The notes under the pieces were generated by a model that saw nothing but the letters and a program-made list of their open reading frames with translations, made no database searches and was not told where the DNA came from. Below, piece by piece: positions 17,163 to 25,754 of a DNA stretch of 64,000 nt. The stretch's first letter is position 1; each line of letters opens with the position of its first letter. Location of the stretch: positions 124,001-188,000 of the IMG/VR virus record IMGVR_UViG_3300018962_000001. One strand, written 5' to 3'. Made by a program: the position numbers and the translations under genes.

Positions 17163-20100
17163 CTATCCTTTCAAGATATACCACCGATGTAAGCAGGCCG
17201 TCCCTTCACTGACCGCCAGCATTGCCAGCGGCACCTCGCTCAGAGTCACCGGCCACGGAATCGTTCCGACACTCACCATCCGTTTGCGATTCTGCCAGAT
17301 TTCGAGTCGTGCCCCCCCAGGCCGCGCCGCCAGCACGACGAGATAGCGGCCTGCCACACGACCGTCGACACTGCCCGCGACTCGTGCTGTCTGGCCGGTT
17401 GGATCAGCGGGGTCCACCCCCCATAGGAGAAAGCCCTGCGTTCGCCATTCTAACCAGATCCCGGCGCTGCCAAATCGTCGGTCGCGGGAGCTTGGGAGGG
17501 ACAATCCGATTTTGCCGGTTGCCGCCCCGCGCACGGCCTGAATCGTTAGATCGGCGACCAACGTGGGCTGGAATCGTGTCCCCGCTGCGCGTTCCCGAAT
17601 CGACGTACTTGCGAGGTGCGAGCCGTTCCCCGTCAAGACGATTCCAACATCCGGCTCATGGTCCACAACCCCCTGGATCGTATACAGCGGAGCAGGCAGA
17701 TCGCTATAGGCGAACGCCCCCGTGGCTGATCGCCAAAAGACATCGGCCAGGGCTACGTCATGGCGGACGCGCCAGGTCGTTTGATACTGATCGGTTCCGC
17801 GCGCATAGTGTCCCCGAACGCTGTGTGCGCGCAGCTCCGGCGTTTCGACCGCCACGCGCGTCCCATCCAGTAAAATCATGGGAAGAACGCCTGGGAGGGC
17901 CAGGAGACGCGGAAGGACTGCCGCCGTCGCCGCATCCGGCGGATAGGGTTCAACGGTCAGCGTTGTCAGATGGACGGCGCTCCGTTGGGCCACCGTTCGG
18001 CCACTCGTGGTTTCGGTAGCCTGAACCATGCCGCCACCAAAGCCGCGCTCAATCGTCCCTGCGCGGGTGTATAACGCCACCCCGCCCAGGAACAGCATAT
18101 TCCTGGGCACCTCCGACTCTGCCGGAAGGGTGGCTCCCGGTACCGGCGGCGACCACGGCGAGGGGCCACTTGGCCCCACGGTACGAATCTGGTACCAGTA
18201 CACACTTCCGCGTGGGAGGGGAACGTGATCCCACTGATAGGTGCGCTGCGTCGGATCGATCGGCAGCTGCGCGACGGGAGTCCACGTCAGCGCAGCTAAG
18301 GCATACGCGATTTCAAACCGCTGGGCAGTCGGGCTTGCCTGGGGATCGAAGGTCCAGTGGACTCGAATCCGATCAGCAAAGCCGCTCTCCGTCCGTACCG
18401 ACTCCGGCGGCGGCGGCAGGACCGGCAAGGAGCCACTGACAAAGGACGACCACGGAGACACGCGCATGCCACTGACGGCGCGAACCGCATACGTCACAAC
18501 GGTTCCGGGAGGCACCTGCGGATGCACCAACATCGGATGCGTCGCAGGCACGGATGGGAAACGGTACCACTGGCGGCGGTCAATGGTCCAGATCAGCTCA
18601 TTACTTTCTACCAGCGGCGTTGGATTGGTCCACTGGACCACGAGATCCGGTGCTTGCGGAATTACCACTAGATCAACGGGAGCTGCGAGCGACACTTCTT
18701 CGTGCCGGACGAGCGCGGCATGCTGGGTGGGGCGTCGCCCCGCTGCTCCGAGCAACATCGGCACCATGCGCAGGAGGACATGGTTTCCAGGGCGTCGTGG
18801 AATCACCGCCCCACCCTGGGCCAGAGTATGCAGGAAATCAAGTCCGGCGACAGCGGGGTGGCGATTCCACCCCGGACTTCCGCCCAATGGATGCCGCAGA
18901 CCACTGATCGTTGCCGCCGCTCCTGCCATTCGCACGGGCATGGCTCCCCCAAGCGGATGGTGGCGATCGAAGGCGGCGGTGGGTGCGCGGGGTGCGGCTG
19001 GGACCGATCCGCGTAGACTCACCTGGACCTGAAGCAGTGCGGCCCCGCCCTTCGCGGCTGCATGCTGGTGCCCCTGGATCGCGTGGCCGACTCGCACGGA
19101 GGCCGCCCCGGTAGGCCGGTGGCCGAAACTCGTCCCTTGGAGTGACGCGGCGGGAATCGCGGGCGTGCTACTCAGGAGCGCCACGGGCCGGACACGGCGG
19201 GCCGCCGCTGCCGCCCATAAGGTCGTCACTCCCCCACCCCAGGTAAGGCCACCCTGGATCGGGACGATCGCGGTCCCGTCCCGGCGACCCACGGTGCGCC
19301 GCAGGAGCCGCCCCTGGAGTCCCATACTGGCAGGAACCATACGGCGCAGGAGGGTACGGCGCAGGAGGGTTGTTCCCGGTGCTCCTGGGAGTGTAGGAAG
19401 GGCTACCGTGCGCCACTTCTGGCGATGAACGGCCAGGGCTGCTAGAATCGAGTGTGTGCCCGTGCGTTGGAGCACCACGCGCCGGAGCACACTTCCCTCC
19501 ACGCCCACCGTTGCTGCCACACCGCGCGCACGCCCCGTTCGCCACCCCACGGTGATGAGCAGCGCCGCCCCGGCCTGCTGGAACCGAGCACGGCCCACAC
19601 GGTATCCCAGGCTGGTCGTATTCGGGGTGGTCGCCGCAACAGCCCGCGGGACCGCCACACGGATCGTCAGATCCGTGGCGGCGCGACTCCGGCTCAAACT
19701 CGCCCCGGTAATGGCATGGGTCGTCATGAGGGCATTCACGTTATCGTAGGCGAGGGTATTCGGGGCACTTAGCGCTCCACCCGTACTGACATACGAATCG
19801 AATCGCACTCTGGTCGTGGCAAGCTGGCCCGCCGTGTAGAATCCTTGCCAGGCCAGATTCCATCCTGGCGGGTTCGTCCAGGTCGTGCCATCCGGCGAGA
19901 ACTCAGCATAGATCGTCCCGCCGGTTTCCCGAATTCGTGCCCAGCGATTAGCATTCAAGTCAAGCGGTGCGGAGGCAATCGTGGTATCCACGCCTGCCAC
20001 ACGCCGCTCAAAACTTAATGTCGCCCCAATGATTCGGATCTGAATCCAATGGCTTGAGTCAAAGCGGAGCGTGATTTGGTTGCGTTGCCGACTATCCAGC

Positions 20101-23100
20101 GTGCCGAAGTCCGTAAATTGCCAGTGCAACCCGGATTCGGTGAGATCATAGGTCCCAGCACTCTGAAGCACCGGGAAAATGCCCGGCGCACTGGTATCAA
20201 ACGCGATCTGGAGCACTTCCTGCTGGGTAATGGTCGCCCCCATCGCTGCCGTCATCGCCCAGCGGGTGGAATCGATCGTCGTCCCGGTAAAGCGATCGAC
20301 CAGATCACTCAATCGCCGAGATTCGAGTCGTCCTCCAAGACTAAAGGCCGTTTCCGACGCCTGGAGGTGCCCACTCACGCCAAAGCTCAGATCCTGAAGT
20401 GCCCGCAGCTGGCCGCTCACCAGAAATGACGCATCCAGTTGTTGCAGGAGCGCGGCCTTGATTTCGACCGCATGGAGCACCCAGTAGGTTGCGGCAGCAA
20501 AGGTGCCATCCAGAGTCACCTGCCCTGGCACCGGAACATCCGCGTACTCAATCGACACACTGGAGTTTGCGGATGCCGAGCTGGCTCCGGCGCGATGATT
20601 CAGGCGCAGGGGACTTTCGCCCTCACCCACGGCGAAGGTCGCATCCCGTGTCCCAACAATGGCAAGCGCACGCGCCTGGGCCGAGGTCGTCGATAACGCC
20701 ACACTTGGCGTGGTTTCTTGGGCCGTATCCTTCGTCGTCACGGGAACGCCGAATGCGCCACTCCCGCCGCTTCCCGTCGTGGCCGCATTGGTAAGCGGGA
20801 CTGCGAGAATAACCGCCGAGTCGGACACCGCACTGAGGGTGGCAGTGGTTGGCCCGGTGGTTGGCGCAGCGCCAATACCACGAAACACGGCGAGCTGCGA
20901 TCGTCCGCCACCATCAAAATCGTGAGTGATCCGAGTCCAGGTGATTCCATTCCCGGCCACCGAGTCGATCGTGAGGGGGACTTGCCGCCGCGCAACCACG
21001 GCGACCAGAATGGGCGTATTCGACGGCGGGGACCAGGTGCTCGTGGCGACCGTTTGCGCGGCAAGCGCTGATCCCACCACCTCGGTGCCGAATCCCAGCG
21101 GCGCAATCTGTGGCGGAGCTTGCAGCTTTGCTCCCACGCTGAAGCTGCACTCTCGTTCCTCAACGGTCATGATCGCAGGTTGAATCACCAGAACCGAGGC
21201 CGCCGCCGCCGCCGCATACGTGAACCCCGATGTTTTCACGCCACTGGGGGAAAGAGCACTGAGGTGTTGTGATGCGGTGGCGAAGCTGATTTGGACGCCG
21301 GAGGTTTTTCCCTGTGCCTGGATCGTCATCTCGCCTGGTGGGGTGATCGTATTCAGCGCGCCAATGGAGGAAACAAAAAGCAATAAGAGTCCATCGGCGA
21401 CATCTGGTTGGAGTGACGGAGCAAGGATCTGGGATTCGGTCGACAGATTGGTTGAGCCATCGATCACATTGACCAGGCTGGAACGGTCCACATTGTTGAG
21501 GGTATAGATCGTTCCCCCACTCGGGACCGCTTCTTCAAGGGTAAAGGTAAACGGCTGCGCTCCACCCGCCGGGGCGTAGCGTCCAAACACCGCGTCGGCG
21601 ACCGAATAGTCTTTGTTGGTTCGGATCAGGAGACTCCACCCTTCGGGCGGCGTAATCTCCACGCGCGGTAACGTCCCTGTATTACGAATGGCAACATGCG
21701 CAATCAGCGCCTGATCCGCGAGGGTCTGTGCCACGCTCGTGAGCGTGATCGTCCCCGCAGCGGCTTGGGGTGGCGTGACGCCCACCCCGACAATCGAGAT
21801 CGGCTTCGATTGCACACGCTGTCCAACGTGCAGCATGCCGCCAAGCGGAACCAGGAGCGAATGTTCGCCCGTGGTCGTGCCTGCTGCAATTTTGCCCCCT
21901 ACCGTAAAGGACCGATCCACAACCGTGATCCCGGCACTCGCTGCTAAGACCGAGATCGATCCCAGGAGATAGGAATCATCGGCTTGTTTTCCGTTCTGAG
22001 CGAGCCGGAGATTCGGGGCTTTGCCCGCCTGATCCACGATGACCACATGCAGGTTATACGATCCAGCGGGAACCGTGAGCGGTATATTGATGGTATCAAG
22101 GACGGTCACCGGCGCTTCGCCGGTGGGCAGCAGTTTCGTGAGATCGAGACTCGATGCGGGACTTTGCCACGTGACCGTTCCCGTCGAGGGATGGCGGAAT
22201 TGGTAATAGATTAGCCAGCGGAGAAAGCTGCGGCTCACGCCCAGGTTCTTCCACTCGCTGGTGATCGTCGTTTGTTGCCCTGCACGAATCGTGGTCCCTC
22301 GGATGCCAGTCATCGCATAGCGATACCCCGACGTGGACATACAGAGGATAAAGTTCTGCTGTTCTTCAAGCGTTAAGTTGCTATATGCCTGTGAGATGTT
22401 GCCATTCATCACCGAATCGACGCCGTAATAGCGGATGTGATCGAGGGTCAGGGCATAGTTCTCGCTGCCTCGGTACCATTCCCCGGTAAACGGCGCATCA
22501 TAGATCTGGGTCCGCAGCAGTGCCCATAGGGTACGACTCGCCCCCATTTTGCGGCGGAGGTCAAAATGCTCGATCTTGCCGAGGCTTTCGCGTCGCGCGC
22601 CGACCCAGGGATAGGTCGATCGGGCATATTCGTAGGAATAGGTGTCATCGGTCATGATGTACACAAACGTGTTTGGAAACATCGCCACCAGTTGATCGAT
22701 GACATATTGCTTGGTCGCGTTCGTTGCAAAATACGGGGCGTTGCCCGGAAGATACCCCTCCCCAAATTGTCCATACCAGAACAGATCGATCGCCTCGAAG
22801 TTCACATTCTTATCGTAGCGAGTCGCAATCGCTTGAAAGCAAGCGAGCAACCGTTCCAAGAAGTAGGCATGATTCCAGTTCGGACACCACAGGTCGCCGA
22901 GCCACGCGCCATACGGGGAAACCGTGAGGTAGCCGGGCACTTTTGATCCGGTATAACCGCCCCCACCCATCGGGTTTAACCCAAACTGGAAACGTCGCCC
23001 TTTCTGGGTTGCCCACCCGACCCAGGTATCCAGCGAGGACCAGTCATACACGCCCTGGCTGGTTTCAAAGTCATTCCAGAACCGCCGTCGATACGAGACG

Positions 23101-23870
23101 CGCCCCGGCATCGCAACGACCTGCGAACTAAACCATTCAACCGAGCCACGCATGGGATTGGGAATCTCATTGGCGGCAACCGTGGAATACGGGATCAGGG
23201 TGGGAGTAAACTGAAATGCGGGGGACGGCGGAACCGTGCCGGGCGCGAGCCGCAGGACAACCATTTGCCCGATATTGGTCGCCGCCGCCGCCGCCGAGGC
23301 GGTTAAGGAGGCAATCGTGCTGGCATTCAGGATCGTGCGATCGGCGACGGAGACGGTCAGGCTTAGGTTGGCGGCACGTGCTTGGGGAGTCCAGGTAGTC
23401 GGATCGGTGATCGTGGTTCCCGCAGCGGTCGCCGTAAAGACGAGGACATGGACATCCGCCACCTGGGGGAGCGTAACCCCAGGAATCGCGATCCCCGTGC
23501 TGGTACTGGTAAAGACGCCGGTGGAGTCGAGGACGGGAGCGGTCGGATCGAGTCCACCCAGACAGGCAATGGCACCCGCAGCTTGGTACTTGGTGTCAAA
23601 GGTTGCAAGATGATAGCGTGGCTCAGTCGCCGTCACCTTACGGATATACAGCGCCGAGGCGATCGTCGATCCCGACTGCGTACGTCGGATGGGCGTCCAG
23701 TTGGGCAGCGTGATCGTCACCGTGGCACTGGTGACCGCGATCTGCGCGATCAGCCATTCGCCGGGCACGGCATTATACGGAGTCACGAGGAGGAGAAAGT
23801 CGGCGAGCGCCGCTCCCCCACTCGTCGTTCCGTTGTGATCGGCGAGAATGCCGCGCCGGACAATTGGCAT
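17163..23870 (-). CDS. Giant (2235 aa) tail appendage protein: beta-sandwich repeats, glycoside-hydrolase-like (GH42-like/DUF4832) domain, LamG-like domain, periodic spacer, FN3 pair, Dit-like C-terminal region
   Basis: PNPMRG...WNDFETSQGVYDWS...WYGQFGEG...GYRY...WKNLG TIM-barrel + DUF4832 pattern; WARIRETGGTIYAEFSPDGTTW; YAVRAV and YQIRTV FN3 motifs. Confidence 0.8.
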   Translation of the reverse strand: MPIVRRGILADHNGTTSGGAALADFLLLVTPYNAVPGEWLIAQIAVTSATVTITLPNWTPIRRTQSGSTIASALYIRKVTATEPRYHLATFDTKYQAAGAIACLGGLDPTAPVLDSTGVFTSTSTGIAIPGVTLPQVADVHVLVFTATAAGTTITDPTTWTPQARAANLSLTVSVADRTILNASTIASLTASAAAAATNIGQMVVLRLAPGTVPPSPAFQFTPTLIPYSTVAANEIPNPMRGSVEWFSSQVVAMPGRVSYRRRFWNDFETSQGVYDWSSLDTWVGWATQKGRRFQFGLNPMGGGGYTGSKVPGYLTVSPYGAWLGDLWCPNWNHAYFLERLLACFQAIATRYDKNVNFEAIDLFWYGQFGEGYLPGNAPYFATNATKQYVIDQLVAMFPNTFVYIMTDDTYSYEYARSTYPWVGARRESLGKIEHFDLRRKMGASRTLWALLRTQIYDAPFTGEWYRGSENYALTLDHIRYYGVDSVMNGNISQAYSNLTLEEQQNFILCMSTSGYRYAMTGIRGTTIRAGQQTTITSEWKNLGVSRSFLRWLIYYQFRHPSTGTVTWQSPASSLDLTKLLPTGEAPVTVLDTINIPLTVPAGSYNLHVVIVDQAGKAPNLRLAQNGKQADDSYLLGSISVLAASAGITVVDRSFTVGGKIAAGTTTGEHSLLVPLGGMLHVGQRVQSKPISIVGVGVTPPQAAAGTITLTSVAQTLADQALIAHVAIRNTGTLPRVEITPPEGWSLLIRTNKDYSVADAVFGRYAPAGGAQPFTFTLEEAVPSGGTIYTLNNVDRSSLVNVIDGSTNLSTESQILAPSLQPDVADGLLLLFVSSIGALNTITPPGEMTIQAQGKTSGVQISFATASQHLSALSPSGVKTSGFTYAAAAAASVLVIQPAIMTVEERECSFSVGAKLQAPPQIAPLGFGTEVVGSALAAQTVATSTWSPPSNTPILVAVVARRQVPLTIDSVAGNGITWTRITHDFDGGGRSQLAVFRGIGAAPTTGPTTATLSAVSDSAVILAVPLTNAATTGSGGSGAFGVPVTTKDTAQETTPSVALSTTSAQARALAIVGTRDATFAVGEGESPLRLNHRAGASSASANSSVSIEYADVPVPGQVTLDGTFAAATYWVLHAVEIKAALLQQLDASFLVSGQLRALQDLSFGVSGHLQASETAFSLGGRLESRRLSDLVDRFTGTTIDSTRWAMTAAMGATITQQEVLQIAFDTSAPGIFPVLQSAGTYDLTESGLHWQFTDFGTLDSRQRNQITLRFDSSHWIQIRIIGATLSFERRVAGVDTTIASAPLDLNANRWARIRETGGTIYAEFSPDGTTWTNPPGWNLAWQGFYTAGQLATTRVRFDSYVSTGGALSAPNTLAYDNVNALMTTHAITGASLSRSRAATDLTIRVAVPRAVAATTPNTTSLGYRVGRARFQQAGAALLITVGWRTGRARGVAATVGVEGSVLRRVVLQRTGTHSILAALAVHRQKWRTVALPTLPGAPGTTLLRRTLLRRMVPASMGLQGRLLRRTVGRRDGTAIVPIQGGLTWGGGVTTLWAAAAARRVRPVALLSSTPAIPAASLQGTSFGHRPTGAASVRVGHAIQGHQHAAAKGGAALLQVQVSLRGSVPAAPRAPTAAFDRHHPLGGAMPVRMAGAAATISGLRHPLGGSPGWNRHPAVAGLDFLHTLAQGGAVIPRRPGNHVLLRMVPMLLGAAGRRPTQHAALVRHEEVSLAAPVDLVVIPQAPDLVVQWTNPTPLVESNELIWTIDRRQWYRFPSVPATHPMLVHPQVPPGTVVTYAVRAVSGMRVSPWSSFVSGSLPVLPPPPESVRTESGFADRIRVHWTFDPQASPTAQRFEIAYALAALTWTPVAQLPIDPTQRTYQWDHVPLPRGSVYWYQIRTVGPSGPSPWSPPVPGATLPAESEVPRNMLFLGGVALYTRAGTIERGFGGGMVQATETTSGRTVAQRSAVHLTTLTVEPYPPDAATAAVLPRLLALPGVLPMILLDGTRVAVETPELRAHSVRGHYARGTDQYQTTWRVRHDVALADVFWRSATGAFAYSDLPAPLYTIQGVVDHEPDVGIVLTGNGSHLASTSIRERAAGTRFQPTLVADLTIQAVRGAATGKIGLSLPSSRDRRFGSAGIWLEWRTQGFLLWGVDPADPTGQTARVAGSVDGRVAGRYLVVLAARPGGARLEIWQNRKRMVSVGTIPWPVTLSEVPLAMLAVSEGTACLHRWYILKG

Positions 23871-23872
23871 GC

Positions 23873-24271
23873 CTATGCTTCTCCGGTCGTCAGTTTCAGA
23901 TCACCGTTCGGATAGATGTACAGACGCACCGCGCGGACGCTGGTGATCTCAAGCTTGTCCGCAACGAGGCTCTGGGTCACCGTTCCCTGCATCACCTGGA
24001 GACTTTTCTCAACCACCCATGTTTTCGCCCAGCGTTCGTCAGCCGCCACCTCCAGGATGATCCGGCGGTGCGTTAAGTAGATGGGGGTGAGCACGATACG
24101 TCGCAGGGCCGACTCGCGCACCACGTCGATCGATTGTTCAACCCATCGATCGTGCTCCCAGCGATATTGGGAAATCGTGGTCCCATCCACCAGATCCGCG
24201 TTCCAGATGTACCCCCCGCGGAGATTCTCGACGCCCACCTGAGCCACCAGATCGACAACCGATAGATCCAT
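23873..24271 (-). CDS. Hypothetical protein co-encoded with putative fibre subunits (possible assembly factor)
   Basis: AAGGAGG RBS; YIWNADLVDGTTISQY; tight operon spacing. Confidence 0.7.
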   Translation of the reverse strand: MDLSVVDLVAQVGVENLRGGYIWNADLVDGTTISQYRWEHDRWVEQSIDVVRESALRRIVLTPIYLTHRRIILEVAADERWAKTWVVEKSLQVMQGTVTQSLVADKLEITSVRAVRLYIYPNGDLKLTTGEA

Positions 24272-24280
24272 CCAGCCTCC

Positions 24281-24787
24281 TTAGGTTTCGTCATACCGAT
24301 ACGTCAGCGTATAGTTTGGAAGCACCCCGGCGGCGGCGGCGGCGGTCACGCCCATTTGCGCATGCACATAATCTTGTGTGCCAACGCCGGTGCTGGCACT
24401 CAGCACCGTCCCCGCATTCACCACAAGGGGACTGGCGGCGGTATAGGAGGCCGCACTGACTCCATTGGAAATCCGCGTGGTTTCTTCCGCCGCATTGGGC
24501 TGGCTATAGGTCGAAGTTGTGCGGAGATACAAGGTTACGCCGGTTGCCCAAGCCCCTGATCCAAACAGCCGCAGATTGCTAATGCTGCCACTTGGCGCGG
24601 TGGTCGCTTCCATCTTAAAATACTTCGACCAGGAAAAGACCTCCCCCTGTCCCGGTATCTGCACGGGAACCGTTGCGACATCGGTGGTCGGATCACTATC
24701 ACCTTTATGAAACCGCCCACCAGCAGCCAGCGCGGTCCCTGCCGCCACCGCACCGTGATAGGAAAGTGCCCGCGTGGTTGCTGGCAT
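24281..24787 (-). CDS. Small beta-sandwich virion structural protein (putative fibre subunit, ends YRYDET)
   Basis: AAGGAGG RBS; all-beta Ala/Thr/Gly-rich; PVQIP...SWSKY...ISNLRLF...DYVHAQM...LTYRYDET. Confidence 0.7.
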   Translation of the reverse strand: MPATTRALSYHGAVAAGTALAAGGRFHKGDSDPTTDVATVPVQIPGQGEVFSWSKYFKMEATTAPSGSISNLRLFGSGAWATGVTLYLRTTSTYSQPNAAEETTRISNGVSAASYTAASPLVVNAGTVLSASTGVGTQDYVHAQMGVTAAAAAGVLPNYTLTYRYDET

Positions 24788-24798
24788 GGAGAGCCTCC

Positions 24799-25428
24799 TT
24801 AGCCTTCATAGAGCGCCAGTGCGCCGGGGGCAATCGACGGCGCACTATCGCCCGCGTTGATCGTGCGTGGCAAGCCCAGCAGCACGCCTGCGGAGTCCGT
24901 GTGCCCGGTTGCTCCAGCACCGCGCGTCACGGTCCACACGGTGGTTCCTTGCCCGGCGGTCACCGTCAGTTGCTCATCGTCGATCGTGATGGTATAGCTC
25001 CCGGAGGTGGGAAAGCCACTCGCAGACGCGACGGTGATCGTCGTCGCCACGGCAGTGATTGCGCCGACCAACAAGGTGTACGCGCCGACCGGACCACCTT
25101 CCCAATAATTGCCCCCCACCGCCGCATCCCAGATTCCAAAGAAGGCCACCGTTCCCCAGTTCGCGCCGGTCGGCACCGGAAACGTAATGGCATTCACATT
25201 CGTAATGCGCTGCACCTCATTCCCCACGGCAACGGGCGCAAACCACGAGGCATCGCCAACCGGCACCGCCACGCGGGCATAGCCTCCTCCGGACACCTCA
25301 TTCGCGCCGGTATCTCCTGGATCGCCGGTATGGAGGGATACATACACGGTGGTTGGTTTTGCCAGGGTGGCCGATCGGTAGCGATGATTCAGGAGGGCTG
25401 CCTCCAAGTAGTTCGACTTTCCAGCCAT
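24799..25428 (-). CDS. Phage minor tail/fibre subunit (SNYLE...VSLHTGDPG...EVSGGGYAR family) with inserted small beta domain
   Basis: Family motifs SNYLEAALLNH, LHTGDPG, EVSGGGYARV, ITFP, WGTV.FFGIWDA..GGN, RTINAGD. Confidence 0.85.
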   Translation of the reverse strand: MAGKSNYLEAALLNHRYRSATLAKPTTVYVSLHTGDPGDTGANEVSGGGYARVAVPVGDASWFAPVAVGNEVQRITNVNAITFPVPTGANWGTVAFFGIWDAAVGGNYWEGGPVGAYTLLVGAITAVATTITVASASGFPTSGSYTITIDDEQLTVTAGQGTTVWTVTRGAGATGHTDSAGVLLGLPRTINAGDSAPSIAPGALALYEG

Positions 25429-25433
25429 ACGGC

Positions 25434-25742
25434 TTAGACTCCTTCCATGACAATTTCAAGGATCTCCAGCGTCAGCGTCACCGGGCGCTGCGGGTCGGGG
25501 ATCGCAACCGGCGTGATCGCTCCTGCCGGAAGGTGGATTCCAGATGGCAAGGTGATCGGGAGCGGCATGCCACCCATCGCCAGCAGCAGGGCGGATTCTT
25601 GGGCGGGTGTTTCCACCACCACACCGATTTGCCAGCGCCGTGCCGCCTGCCAGATCTGTCCCCCGCCGAGTTGTTGGGTTTCCGATCCGGCAACCGTGTA
25701 GAACGGGGTCGATCCGAGATAGAATGGGCTTAATAGTACCAT
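25434..25742 (-). CDS. Small distal-tail (Dit)-position protein
   Basis: Immediately after tape measure; similar to the C-terminal region of 17163..23870. Confidence 0.55.
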   Translation of the reverse strand: MVLLSPFYLGSTPFYTVAGSETQQLGGGQIWQAARRWQIGVVVETPAQESALLLAMGGMPLPITLPSGIHLPAGAITPVAIPDPQRPVTLTLEILEIVMEGV

Positions 25743-25754
25743 CCCCTGGACTCC

